Part shown: in pieces, positions 31,279-40,700 of the stretch
Numbering within the stretch: the first letter of the stretch is position 1
How the letters are laid out: the number at the start of each line of letters is the position of its first letter
NCBI GenBank assembly: GCA_044226015.1
Contig: JBGAHS010000004.1
Location: 736,001-800,000 of the forward strand
Length of the DNA: 64,000 bases
Reading direction: 5' to 3'
DNA from: Candidatus Obscuribacteraceae bacterium
GTDB lineage: Bacteria > Cyanobacteriota > Vampirovibrionia > Obscuribacterales > Obscuribacteraceae
The notes under the pieces: model-generated
Told to the model about the DNA's origin: nothing
What the model saw: the letters and a program-made list of their open reading frames with translations, nothing else
Databases searched by the model: none
Translations under genes and position numbers: made by a program

Positions 31279-31474
31279 TTGATTCAATCCTCAGTCGCTC
31301 GCAAGAGCGCCGTTCGTTTTTGAGATCTCGAATACTAACAACTGAGTAATCTAAAAGCAAGTTATCGTGTCAAAAAGTTTCACAAGGTTTTCAAAAAGTG
31401 AATTTAGTATCAAATCAACCTGAAATCACACCTGAATGAGATGCAACGCCCTGTGCATCTCTTTCTGGTTTGTT

Positions 31475-33997
31475 TCAAAGTAATTCTGCCGGTAATGGTG
31501 GGTAGAGTGTGGCTGGGGGTCCGCCGTCAGGATCTTGCAATTGCAGAGAATCGAACTTCTTATTCAGTCTGGGAACTGGAGTGCGAATCTGAATTTCCGC
31601 CGCCAAGCCTGGGCAAGAACTGTCTTTCATACCAAGGTCTGTGCACCAGTGAGGGCGATTAGACTGAATCGGCTGCCCGCTTTTTTCTTGGGTGGAATAG
31701 ACTAAGTTGCGAATCAGCATAGTCCAATCTGCTTTGCTTTCAACGCAATGAGGCGCAAAGAAAAGCAATTCGAACTTGCTTATGACACCTTCTTCAAATG
31801 GCGTGTGACGTGAAAGAAAAAGGCTGGCACCTTTTGCTTTCTGTATTTCAGCCGAGTTGAGAAGAACGTAGAGCGATCTGTTCAATGAGCTTATTGGGAT
31901 AGCCTGGAAGAATTCTACAAACGATTTTCCGTCAACTGTAATTGTGGGGTCGGGAATTCTGTTCACTTCAAACTGCTCAGACATCCATGATTCCTCTGCA
32001 GCTGAATTTTCTGTCTCGGGCTCAGCTGATTTTGTCTCAGCTGATTCGCTGCTCACGGCAGAAGCTTGCAGATCATATAGATCGTCCTCATCTACAGGTG
32101 TTGTATGAGGAACAAACATGACTGTGCGCCCAAGCAAGAAAGAACCCGCCGGAGGGCTGGCGCGGCGCAGTCCCTGTCGCCCGAAGCTTGCCATGTGCGA
32201 AGCAATTTCATAGCAGCTTCTTGCTGCTCGCCGTCCGTTGTTTTTTGCCAATAAGGCGCGAGCGCTTATCTTTTCATTCTTCTTTATGGAGTCTTTCTGC
32301 TCCTGGCGTTTTTCCATCAGTGCATTGATCTGGTCGCTGACCTTTTCTTTCAAGGTTTGCTCGCGTTTTTGATCCCCCTTCTCTGCGATGCCTTCGAGGC
32401 TGCGTCGCAGGCTAGCTATTTCTTCGTCGATTGAAGCAATATCTTTAGTTGATTGAGCGATATTTTTTTGCATGCGCTGCACTACTGTGTCAGCTACTTG
32501 CATTGTTTCAATTCCTGCTATGTTCGTTTGGTACAGCCTATTCAAGAAATCCATCAAAAGTTCTTGATCGAAATCGTTTGCATGAGGCATGCGAACAGAA
32601 CCATCGGAATCAATGAGCAGTGGAAATGTGGAGTCGGGCATGAGTTCGCTAATCTTTTTTCCGGAAAACGCGGCAGCGACGGCTTTTTGACCCAGTCCTC
32701 TGAATTGTGATTGCCGGTTCAACGTGAAGAGTGCAGCTCCGGTGTCCTTGAAAAAACCGCTGTTTAGTTCGTCGGATTCGTCAGCTTCATGATCCGCATG
32801 CAAGGAGACGCTCGATATGGGTTGCTTGAGAAGTTCAACTAATGTTTCTGGTACCAGACCAGGGCCAGCACTGAAAATAAAACTGTAGAAAGTGTCAAGG
32901 GCTGCCAGGTTAGGCGCTCTGTGTAAGCTCGGGTTTGGCTTTGCTGCAGTTAGATGTCCCGGTCCTGGAACCGCAGCAAAAGCTGCCTGAAGCCAATCAC
33001 CGTCTGTGGTGGTATAACGTTTGCTATCAAAAAAATCGCCAAGACTCGCAAAACTAGAAAGATAGCCTTGTGGAAAGCTAAACATCAGCACCGAGTTCTC
33101 TATGGCTAAATTAGGCGCACCTACGAGCGCACATGATTTCATCTTCTGCAGTTTTTGCGGGCTGCCTCGATCTGATACATCGAACTCCGCTTCTATGTAA
33201 ACTGCTGAGGCCACCGCTGTTTCACTTATAGGTACAAACTGCTCGGGGGGCACGAGAATAATCTGGTCAGCTTGCTCGTAAAATTCGTATTTGCTATCTC
33301 CGATTTCGACCGGAATATGGGTCTTGTAATTGCCTTTGAGTCCGTAGACCACTGAGGCTGGAGTTCCTGCAGGCAAAAGCGCTTTGCTGGAGAATTCCTG
33401 ATTGCTAATGCCCCCGAGGACAATCTTCAAATTGCGAAGTCTGTTTTCTGTTCCGCTTCGTGAAAAAACTTTGTGGGCCAGCGCTTTCAACGATTGATGA
33501 CCAAGGATGTTTTGTTGGGAGGTAGGTTTTGCCAGTTCCCTTTCCATGCGTGCAAAACTGCTAGCCAGTGAGGCGGCATCACTTATGTCATTTGCTACCA
33601 GCATTTTCAGGTGCGGAGAATGAAGTGAGTCTGCAATTATGTTGTCGAGCGCCAGGGTCGCATGAAGATAGTTCAGCCCTGTTTGTTGCCGCTGATTGTC
33701 CCGCACCTGTAATAGTCCTACGTCGCCAAACTTGCTGTGCTTTACAGTTAAAGTGCTCAGCTCGTTTGCCAATACCAACGCGGCTTTATCAAGATCGCTC
33801 TGGCTTGCCGCAGGGGCAAGGTGTTGTACAAGAATGATTGCATAAATGCTGATCAGCACACTTGACAAAATGACGTGCCAGCAAATTTGCAGGAACTCTG
33901 TTCGCCTTTTTCTCGTTTTGGCACGAGGGTCTGGCTCGCTGAAAAGCAAGTCTGAGGGAAGATTGGGAGTCTCTGGCTCTGGGCTGCTGGTTGTCAT
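31475..33997 (-). CDS. Large membrane-anchored hypothetical protein with TadG-like N-terminal region and a coiled coil
   Basis: TM helix then QSDLDKAALVLANEL; long coiled coil (DIASIDEEIASLRRSLE..); GGGAG RBS before ATG 33997. Confidence 0.65.
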   Translation of the reverse strand: MTTSSPEPETPNLPSDLLFSEPDPRAKTRKRRTEFLQICWHVILSSVLISIYAIILVQHLAPAASQSDLDKAALVLANELSTLTVKHSKFGDVGLLQVRDNQRQQTGLNYLHATLALDNIIADSLHSPHLKMLVANDISDAASLASSFARMERELAKPTSQQNILGHQSLKALAHKVFSRSGTENRLRNLKIVLGGISNQEFSSKALLPAGTPASVVYGLKGNYKTHIPVEIGDSKYEFYEQADQIILVPPEQFVPISETAVASAVYIEAEFDVSDRGSPQKLQKMKSCALVGAPNLAIENSVLMFSFPQGYLSSFASLGDFFDSKRYTTTDGDWLQAAFAAVPGPGHLTAAKPNPSLHRAPNLAALDTFYSFIFSAGPGLVPETLVELLKQPISSVSLHADHEADESDELNSGFFKDTGAALFTLNRQSQFRGLGQKAVAAAFSGKKISELMPDSTFPLLIDSDGSVRMPHANDFDQELLMDFLNRLYQTNIAGIETMQVADTVVQRMQKNIAQSTKDIASIDEEIASLRRSLEGIAEKGDQKREQTLKEKVSDQINALMEKRQEQKDSIKKNEKISARALLAKNNGRRAARSCYEIASHMASFGRQGLRRASPPAGSFLLGRTVMFVPHTTPVDEDDLYDLQASAVSSESAETKSAEPETENSAAEESWMSEQFEVNRIPDPTITVDGKSFVEFFQAIPISSLNRSLYVLLNSAEIQKAKGASLFLSRHTPFEEGVISKFELLFFAPHCVESKADWTMLIRNLVYSTQEKSGQPIQSNRPHWCTDLGMKDSSCPGLAAEIQIRTPVPRLNKKFDSLQLQDPDGGPPATLYPPLPAELL

Positions 33998-34154
33998 AAG
34001 TATGATTCTGCTCCCATCTATAATAGGAGAAATCCAACTATTTTTCAGCAAGTGCGGACTAATGATGATACCTGACTTGCAGAAGGAGGCAAAGTTTGGG
34101 TATTTCTCAATTCAACACAGCTAGTGCCATCTCTTTTCCTTGCTACTGTATATG

Positions 34155-34188
34155 GTGCCTTGCGGGGTCGCCTGCGGGGCGCTTTTTT
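34155..34188 (+). terminator. Plus-strand intrinsic terminator between two minus-strand genes
   Basis: 12-bp stem GTGCCTTGCGGG/CCTGCGGGGCGC with four G-U pairs, GTCG loop, then T6. Confidence 0.6.
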
Positions 34189-34218
34189 AGAGGCAAAAAC
34201 TAAAATGAACTAAGCTTG

Positions 34219-34758
34219 CTAGATTCGCAGGCTGCCGACTTTGCTAGCGCTCACTGATGTTTCCCCCTGCGCGATAGCTTTAGCGAAACTCTCCAGTTCT
34301 ACACTACTCAGCATGTACAGGGGATGTCTTGGCTGCAGCTGTTTTGTGATGCCCATGCACATTAGTTCTCTTGTGCTCAAGTATTTCAGAACAGACTTAG
34401 CGCGTTCTTGTCTGGCTATTGGCAAATTTCCCCAGGCGAGCACGCAAACCTGGCTATGGGAGACTGTTCTCTTTATGTGCATGTCATTGTGAGGACCGAC
34501 GGGATCTTCCGCTTGCCAGAGATCTCTGGGCTTGGTGCTGCGATAAGCAAACAGGTTTACCACTTCTAGCCCACCAAAGCCCCAGCTGTTAGCCATGTTC
34601 ACACAACGAGTGATTGTGGGGTCATTTGCGGTGGCATCTGCGGTGCTAGGGTTTAGCATAATCATGCAAACTGAGGGAAGTTTTGCGTTCCATCGGCGCC
34701 AGAGTCTATATCGGTATTTTCCGCTCTCATCAAATACGGCGCCGAATGATTCTTTCAT
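34219..34758 (-). CDS. DUF1643 family protein
   Basis: YRYRLWRRW, IMLNPSTADA..NDPTI.RC, VVNLFAYRST.P, LAWG, PRHPLY. Confidence 0.9.
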   Translation of the reverse strand: MKESFGAVFDESGKYRYRLWRRWNAKLPSVCMIMLNPSTADATANDPTITRCVNMANSWGFGGLEVVNLFAYRSTKPRDLWQAEDPVGPHNDMHIKRTVSHSQVCVLAWGNLPIARQERAKSVLKYLSTRELMCMGITKQLQPRHPLYMLSSVELESFAKAIAQGETSVSASKVGSLRI

Positions 34759-34851
34759 TTGCCTGTTCCGAAAGGATGCCGCTTAAACCATAACATGCCT
34801 TCAGAAAATTGAAAGAGTATTTGTTATGGATGTTAAGGCGAAAGTCCCAAA

Positions 34852-35508
34852 TCAGGTCCACAGGTGAGTATTTCGAAAGTAAGTAGCTTGTTGCTCTGGG
34901 TGTTTTTTTCGAAATTCTTTATAGCGTTTTAGTAAGCGCTGATAGCGTGCTTCCGGCGTGGAAAGGGAATCGTGTCTGATAGCCAGAAGGTATTTTTCGA
35001 GTTTCCAGAGGTTACGCTTTGAGAAGCGCCAATCATAATTGCCCAATTCGCTTAATTCGACGACCTTGAAACCAGTGATTCTTCCGGAGAAATCAACATA
35101 GGGGTCTATATAGCTTGCTGCCAGAGCCCGTGCTGTTTTGAAAACCGGTTTGCGCCCATGAAGTCCCTCATCACGAGATCTGGCGATAGAGCCCCATAAA
35201 CCATTCTTCTGATAAACATAAATAACGTGATCGAGATGATCGATCGATTCGAAACTTATTAGACGAGGTGGGTAGCCGTGTTGTTCAAGTATTGCAGCGG
35301 CTGTGAGTGCTGCTTCCAGGCAGTGAGCAGAGCCTTTGCTAACTACGGTTCGGAAAGATCTCTGGCTGTCACCCTCTTCTTCCTTGTTGTAGACCAAGCT
35401 TCGCAAGTACTTTTGCACCTGAAGCGGGGTTCTGTGGCTTTCAATGATTTTCCATTCTTTTCGTGTGAACGCTGATTTCTCTGGTTTCATTGTCATTGCG
35501 TCTTTCAA
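34852..35508 (-). CDS. Vasohibin-like transglutaminase-fold cysteine protease
   Basis: VQKYLRSLVYN, HCLEA (Cys63), DHVI (His94), GSIARSR (Ser111), RKPVFKT; start may be ATG 35496 or 35490. Confidence 0.7.
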   Translation of the reverse strand: MKDAMTMKPEKSAFTRKEWKIIESHRTPLQVQKYLRSLVYNKEEEGDSQRSFRTVVSKGSAHCLEAALTAAAILEQHGYPPRLISFESIDHLDHVIYVYQKNGLWGSIARSRDEGLHGRKPVFKTARALAASYIDPYVDFSGRITGFKVVELSELGNYDWRFSKRNLWKLEKYLLAIRHDSLSTPEARYQRLLKRYKEFRKKHPEQQATYFRNTHLWT

Positions 35509-36936
35509 TTATTGTCGGTACTTTGTCTGAAGATAAGGCATCAACGCACCCAAATCAGCTCTGATAATTTGAGTAACTTGTTCTCTACTTTCTATGTACG
35601 AGCGCGGGCGGAAATTGAACAATGCCGCCCAGCTGAGCCCGTTGCCCTGGTGCTCTACCAGCGCCATTGAGCCGGGCAGACTGCCATGTCTCGAAAAATA
35701 TAGCAAGTTTCCGTTTTCGTCTTTAGAGACTTCCCAACCTTTAGCGAAATACTCCGATGCATTTTTCCAGCATTCTATTTTTGGACGTTCAAACATTGTC
35801 TCTGTGGTCTTGGCGTTTAAAAGAGATGGAATCTCGCTGCTTCCTGAGACAATGTCGACAAGTTTGACCAGGTCTTCTGCGCTTGCAACCCAACCAATCG
35901 AACCCGGCGCTGATTCCAGTACGAAATAGCCACCGTAAGCTAGAGACAGTGGACCCCTCTCGTTAGGTAACATGCTATCTGATTTTTCGTCAGAATCGGC
36001 ATAGTACCTCACCTCATCAGGAAGGTGCTTTCTCTCTACTGTAGCACCGGGTTTGATACCACTAAGTTTCATCGGCTCAAGCACATTCTTGCTTATGAAG
36101 TCGTAGTAGCTCATCCCGCTGACTCTTTCAATTATCTTTCCGAGGATGATATAGCACGAGTTTGAGTACTCATAATTAGTACCTGGGTCAAAGTCCAGTC
36201 TGTCGTTTAGTAGATAGCGAATTATTGATGTTGGCGTCGGTCGTAGCGATCTCGAGCAATTATTAGCTGAGTCGCTGAGCATAGTTCCAAACATTGGGTC
36301 GCCATGCACATCCTGATTCCAGCCAGCGCTACATTCCAAAAGATGTCGTATTGTTATCAATTTTATGCGTGGGTCAGGCGGCACAGCCGGGTTGCAAGGC
36401 TTCATTTCATTGAGTATGTCAAAGGCTTTTTGATCAAGGGAGAGCTTTCCCTCTTGAACCAGGCGTAAAATGCCTATCGCCGTGATCGATTTTGAAATAC
36501 TTGCTAATCTAAAAAGGTCTTTGGTCTTAGCAAACCTTTTCGTCGACCAATCAGCCATACCAATGGCGCGGGCAAATAGTAACTTGCCGTTATATGAAGC
36601 TGCAATGGAAACACACGGTATGTTCCACCGGTTTAAGAAATCTCGCAAGTCAACATCAAGTCGTTTAATCTCCGACCGATTGTCTAGCGCATTGGGTTCA
36701 CTTTTCTTGTCTAGGGTTTTGCCCGCAGCTGTCGGTGCAGAATCAGTCGCCTCATCTGCCGGGACGGTGCCGGTCGTCCTTATCGGCTTTTTGAGAACTG
36801 CTGAGCTAGCTGACTTGCTCGCGCTTTTTGCAGTTGTATTTTTGTCTGCTTTGTTATCTGCTGCGTCTGCAGAGCTGAATCTCATGGAGAGACACAAGCA
36901 AATCATTGCAATAAGTTTTGGAGACCGTTGGTTCAC
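35509..36936 (-). CDS. Serine hydrolase, beta-lactamase/AmpC-like family
   Basis: Signal peptide; FRLASISKS (SxxK), YEYSN, HGSLPG. Confidence 0.9.
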   Translation of the reverse strand: MNQRSPKLIAMICLCLSMRFSSADAADNKADKNTTAKSASKSASSAVLKKPIRTTGTVPADEATDSAPTAAGKTLDKKSEPNALDNRSEIKRLDVDLRDFLNRWNIPCVSIAASYNGKLLFARAIGMADWSTKRFAKTKDLFRLASISKSITAIGILRLVQEGKLSLDQKAFDILNEMKPCNPAVPPDPRIKLITIRHLLECSAGWNQDVHGDPMFGTMLSDSANNCSRSLRPTPTSIIRYLLNDRLDFDPGTNYEYSNSCYIILGKIIERVSGMSYYDFISKNVLEPMKLSGIKPGATVERKHLPDEVRYYADSDEKSDSMLPNERGPLSLAYGGYFVLESAPGSIGWVASAEDLVKLVDIVSGSSEIPSLLNAKTTETMFERPKIECWKNASEYFAKGWEVSKDENGNLLYFSRHGSLPGSMALVEHQGNGLSWAALFNFRPRSYIESREQVTQIIRADLGALMPYLQTKYRQ

Positions 36937-37013
36937 TTCGCAGCCGACCTGCTAATAAAATTGCATCCGAGTTTAGGCTATTATAGTTGAGTTGTCTTGA
37001 ACTGAACGCCCCG

Positions 37014-37583
37014 ATGTTTTTCAAAATCAAAGTATTTGAAAAAAAAAGGCATTTTAAAGCAATGCTGTTATCTGCAGCCTTGCTGCTTTCGGCCGGGTGT
37101 TCGAACCATAGCAGCGAAGACCTTATTTCGAGAAATTCTGAATCAGACTATATGCGAGACGAAATTGTGCAACGCAACATGGCGAATGTACAAATTGCAG
37201 CAGAGCACTACTGCGCTGATCATGAGCCTGATAAGTTTCCGACAAAGCTGGACGATGCGTTCTTGACCTATCTTCCGGGCGGCACCGAAAATAAGGTGCC
37301 TTCAAGCACGGGTCAGCCCAATCCATTTACAGGCAAACTTGAATTTCCAATAGTCATTAAAGCCGGAAGCAAGGAATTTCCAGAACTTCCTGTGATTAGA
37401 ACCCCAGACGACGTTCGGCAATTACGCGATGGAAAGCGCTTCAAGATTGGTCAAGGTGTAATTGTGTACTTTGCACTCGAAAATGCTGCCGGTTATGCCA
37501 TCGTTGGTGGTGCTCATGATTGTTATTCTTTAATGGACCACCTTAACGATGGAAAGGTTCTGGTCTTTAGTAACATCGACTAA
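37014..37583 (+). CDS. Putative lipoprotein with a pseudopilin-like helical segment
   Basis: Lipobox LSAG-C; VQRNMANVQIAAEHY..D..FP and NPFTG resemble the globular region of GspG/PilE-type pilins. Confidence 0.6.
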   Translation: MFFKIKVFEKKRHFKAMLLSAALLLSAGCSNHSSEDLISRNSESDYMRDEIVQRNMANVQIAAEHYCADHEPDKFPTKLDDAFLTYLPGGTENKVPSSTGQPNPFTGKLEFPIVIKAGSKEFPELPVIRTPDDVRQLRDGKRFKIGQGVIVYFALENAAGYAIVGGAHDCYSLMDHLNDGKVLVFSNID

Positions 37584-37761
37584 TTCTGTCCTTGGTCACG
37601 AAACCTCCACTTAATTTTTGTACTTTTAAGGACAAATTGAGTGTCTTGAGATTAAATTACCAGTTGCGTTGTCAGGAATATGACCGCTTTTGTGTATATA
37701 AATTTTAAGACTCGGGGAAAAGACCGGTGCGGCTGAAGTCTTGGATTCTTTCGGAGCAGGA

Positions 37762-40700
37762 ATGAAAGAAACGAACAACGAATCCACAAAGTCTGAAAAC
37801 CTGGTTCCGCAAGCTAAAGCGGACGAGAGGCTGATTTCTGAGGTTCTTGGCGGGAAGACCGAGCCCGAGTCGACAGGCAAGCATGAAGGTACTGAAGGTG
37901 CCGGTCATTCCTTGTTTCTCAGCGTTATGATGAATAAGGAAGCTGGCTCTGGAAAGTCCGCTGAGACTGTCGCGGACGGAAAAGACGGTAAAGACAAAGA
38001 TTCGAAAACCGGCAAGGATAAGAAGCGTTCATCTGACCCTTCCGAGTCCATCGACGACAGAGAGCATGATAAAGACCCTTCCAGAGAGTCCAGAGAGAAG
38101 GATGAGAAAGCTAAGGACAACGGTCTTGGTTCGGTCGGCCCTAAGCCAACCGAGGTAAAGGCGGATAATTCCGGCGGTTTGCTCGCTCGAGCATCTCTTC
38201 TGGCTATGAATTCGGCGGGCGATTCGATATCTAGTGGCTCAGCAGTAATGAGAGCTGTCGCTTCCGGTGCAGCTGAAATCGCCAGTAAGCATGAGTTCGG
38301 GAAGAATGAAATCGCAGCTAGTCCAAATGAGGGAATTGCTGCTCCGAAAATTGACAATGTAAATATTCCACAAGCATCCGACAAGCATGAAATGCGCCAT
38401 GGATCGGAGATTGATAGCAAGCTGATTGACGTAACAGTTAAGACTGCCGCTCTGGATGTGATGGGAGGCGCTGCGGCATCCATTTCCATTTCAAGGTCTA
38501 TGGCTGCTGATCTCTCTCGAAAAGATGGTGGCGCGCTCGGTGAGCGGAAGATCACTGCACTTGAATCTAGTGTAAGTGCTGCCTTCAATCACGTTGAACC
38601 AAGCTCTAACATGATGAGCCATACGAAGCTCGTGGACGCTGTTGCTCCTGCCTCTGGTCCTGCTGTGGCTTTTCCACCTAAGGTGACTGAGCTAGTCATT
38701 CCTCGCCCGGACACAAAATCGTATAACGAAAATCTTTCGACTCTGCATGTTTCAACACCTAATGTCGGTGATTTCTCTCCCCACATGGTGCCGAAGTCAA
38801 TCGAATCGTCGCCCGCAGCGAATGTATTTGTTCCGCTGAGCAATTTTCATTCTGCAGACATGGGACCGTCTTCGGTGCCGCCAGCTGCTACGCGTGAGCT
38901 TATCGCATATAACTTTCACGACATTCGCGGCAGCGCAAACGATATTCATCCGTCGGTTATCGGTCCAATTATTAGTGGTCCGATTGAGAAACCTCCAGTT
39001 GTAGTGCATGTTCCGACGCCTGATGTGGTTCAGCCCATAGTAAAAGGCGGCACAACGGGCATAGTCGTCAGCGGAAATGGCAGCGACAATTCGTTCGGCA
39101 AAACTCAGATGGCTTTTATTCCCAACTCACAGAAAAACTTCTGGGAGCCAGACCGCCAGGCGGATCAGTACAAGGCTGACAAAGAAGCAGCTGATCGTCG
39201 AACACAAGATGAGAAGGCAAAAGAAGCAAAGGCTGCTGAGCAGAAATTAGCTGAGCAGAAGGCTCTTGAACTTGCAAAAGAGCAGAAGCAGCAAGATCAA
39301 ATAAAAGCACAAGAGCAAGCAAAGTCGCGCGACAAATCAGCTGAGCCAAAGCACAATGCTGAGCTTAAGAATGAACCGGCGAAAAATGAGCCGGGCAAGG
39401 TGCGTGAGGAAACGGTTAACAAAATTCTTGATGCTGCTGTGAAATCATTTCAGGCATCAAAAGCAGGTCATACAATTGATTCCAATAAGATCGAGAGCAT
39501 GACCTTAAATCTTGCGCACCTCAAGAATGCTGAGAATGCTCGCTCGTCTAGTTCTGGCGTGCCAATTTCACAGATAATTTCATTGGCTGGCGGAAAAGAG
39601 CCTGAGAAATCAGGAGTCCACAAGCCCGCAGATGCTGGTCAGCAACAAGCTAAAACTGAGTTGCCGATGGGTCCGGTTGCTTTAACCAAGAATGGTCTGC
39701 CTCAAGAAAAGTCGGCCGCGCCTCTTGAATCAAAAGCTGTGCAAAGCAACCTGGCTCAGTCCTCCGTTGTTTTGAAAGCCATTGAAGCAGGTGCTCGCGG
39801 AACGAACTTAAATATCGAGCAAGCCACTGCAAAAACACAAACAAACAAATCACTTGAGCAAGCTGCTGTTAGTCAACGCACCACTGATGGTATCTTGGGC
39901 GTCAAAAATATCGAGCCTCCCAAGACTCTCTCTGCCACCAAAAATGGTGAATCTAAGTCCGATGTTCTTGTGTCTAAATCAACGGATAGAGTATCTCAAA
40001 TCGCCAAATTTGCAGGCTTGACTGAGGCTAGCGCCAGGCTGTCCAGTGAAGTGAATATCAAGTCTGCTTTGCGTATTAGCCCAGCCGATTTATCTGGAAG
40101 CACTCTTCGTTCATGGATGGGAGACACGGCGAAGTTTAGACCAGATGCTCTGCCACGCGTGACAGAATCTACTCTTGCTGCGCAAAACAGCGCTTTGGGA
40201 CAGCTTAAGATGAACCTCTCTGTTCCTCCAGAGCAACGCAACATACTCAGCGGCAGCAACAAGCAAGTCAATGAACTGAACACGAAAGCTGCTAGCGCTA
40301 ATGCCTCTTCCGAGCTTGCTATCAACGCGGCGAAGAGGCTGAGCGAAGAGCCCCGCTTGCTCGTAAACAAATTGGCAGATGCCTTAAGCAATAGCAAAGC
40401 CTTTGACACATCACTTTCTGCAGCCTCGCCAAGCAACATTGTGCGTGCTAACTCATTGCGTGGCTCTGAGCTTCCAAGTTCTGCAGGATTGGTCAATCTG
40501 GATTACGTAAATCGCTCTCTGGATTCTCTGAAGACGTGGCAAGCTTGGGCTGAGCGAACCCAGGGTTCGCAAAGAAAAGTGAGTTCGAAAAATCGAATTC
40601 CTGAAGATAGAATCGACAGAAGCCTGCTCAAAACTGACTTTTACGACATACCTGAAATCGCCGGTATTGATGCAGAAGACCAGAAACCAGTTGTGCCCAA

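Noticed and set aside
34219..34758. DUF1643 gene as a marker of a prophage or defence island
   Set aside because: No integrase, phage, transposase or defence genes nearby.
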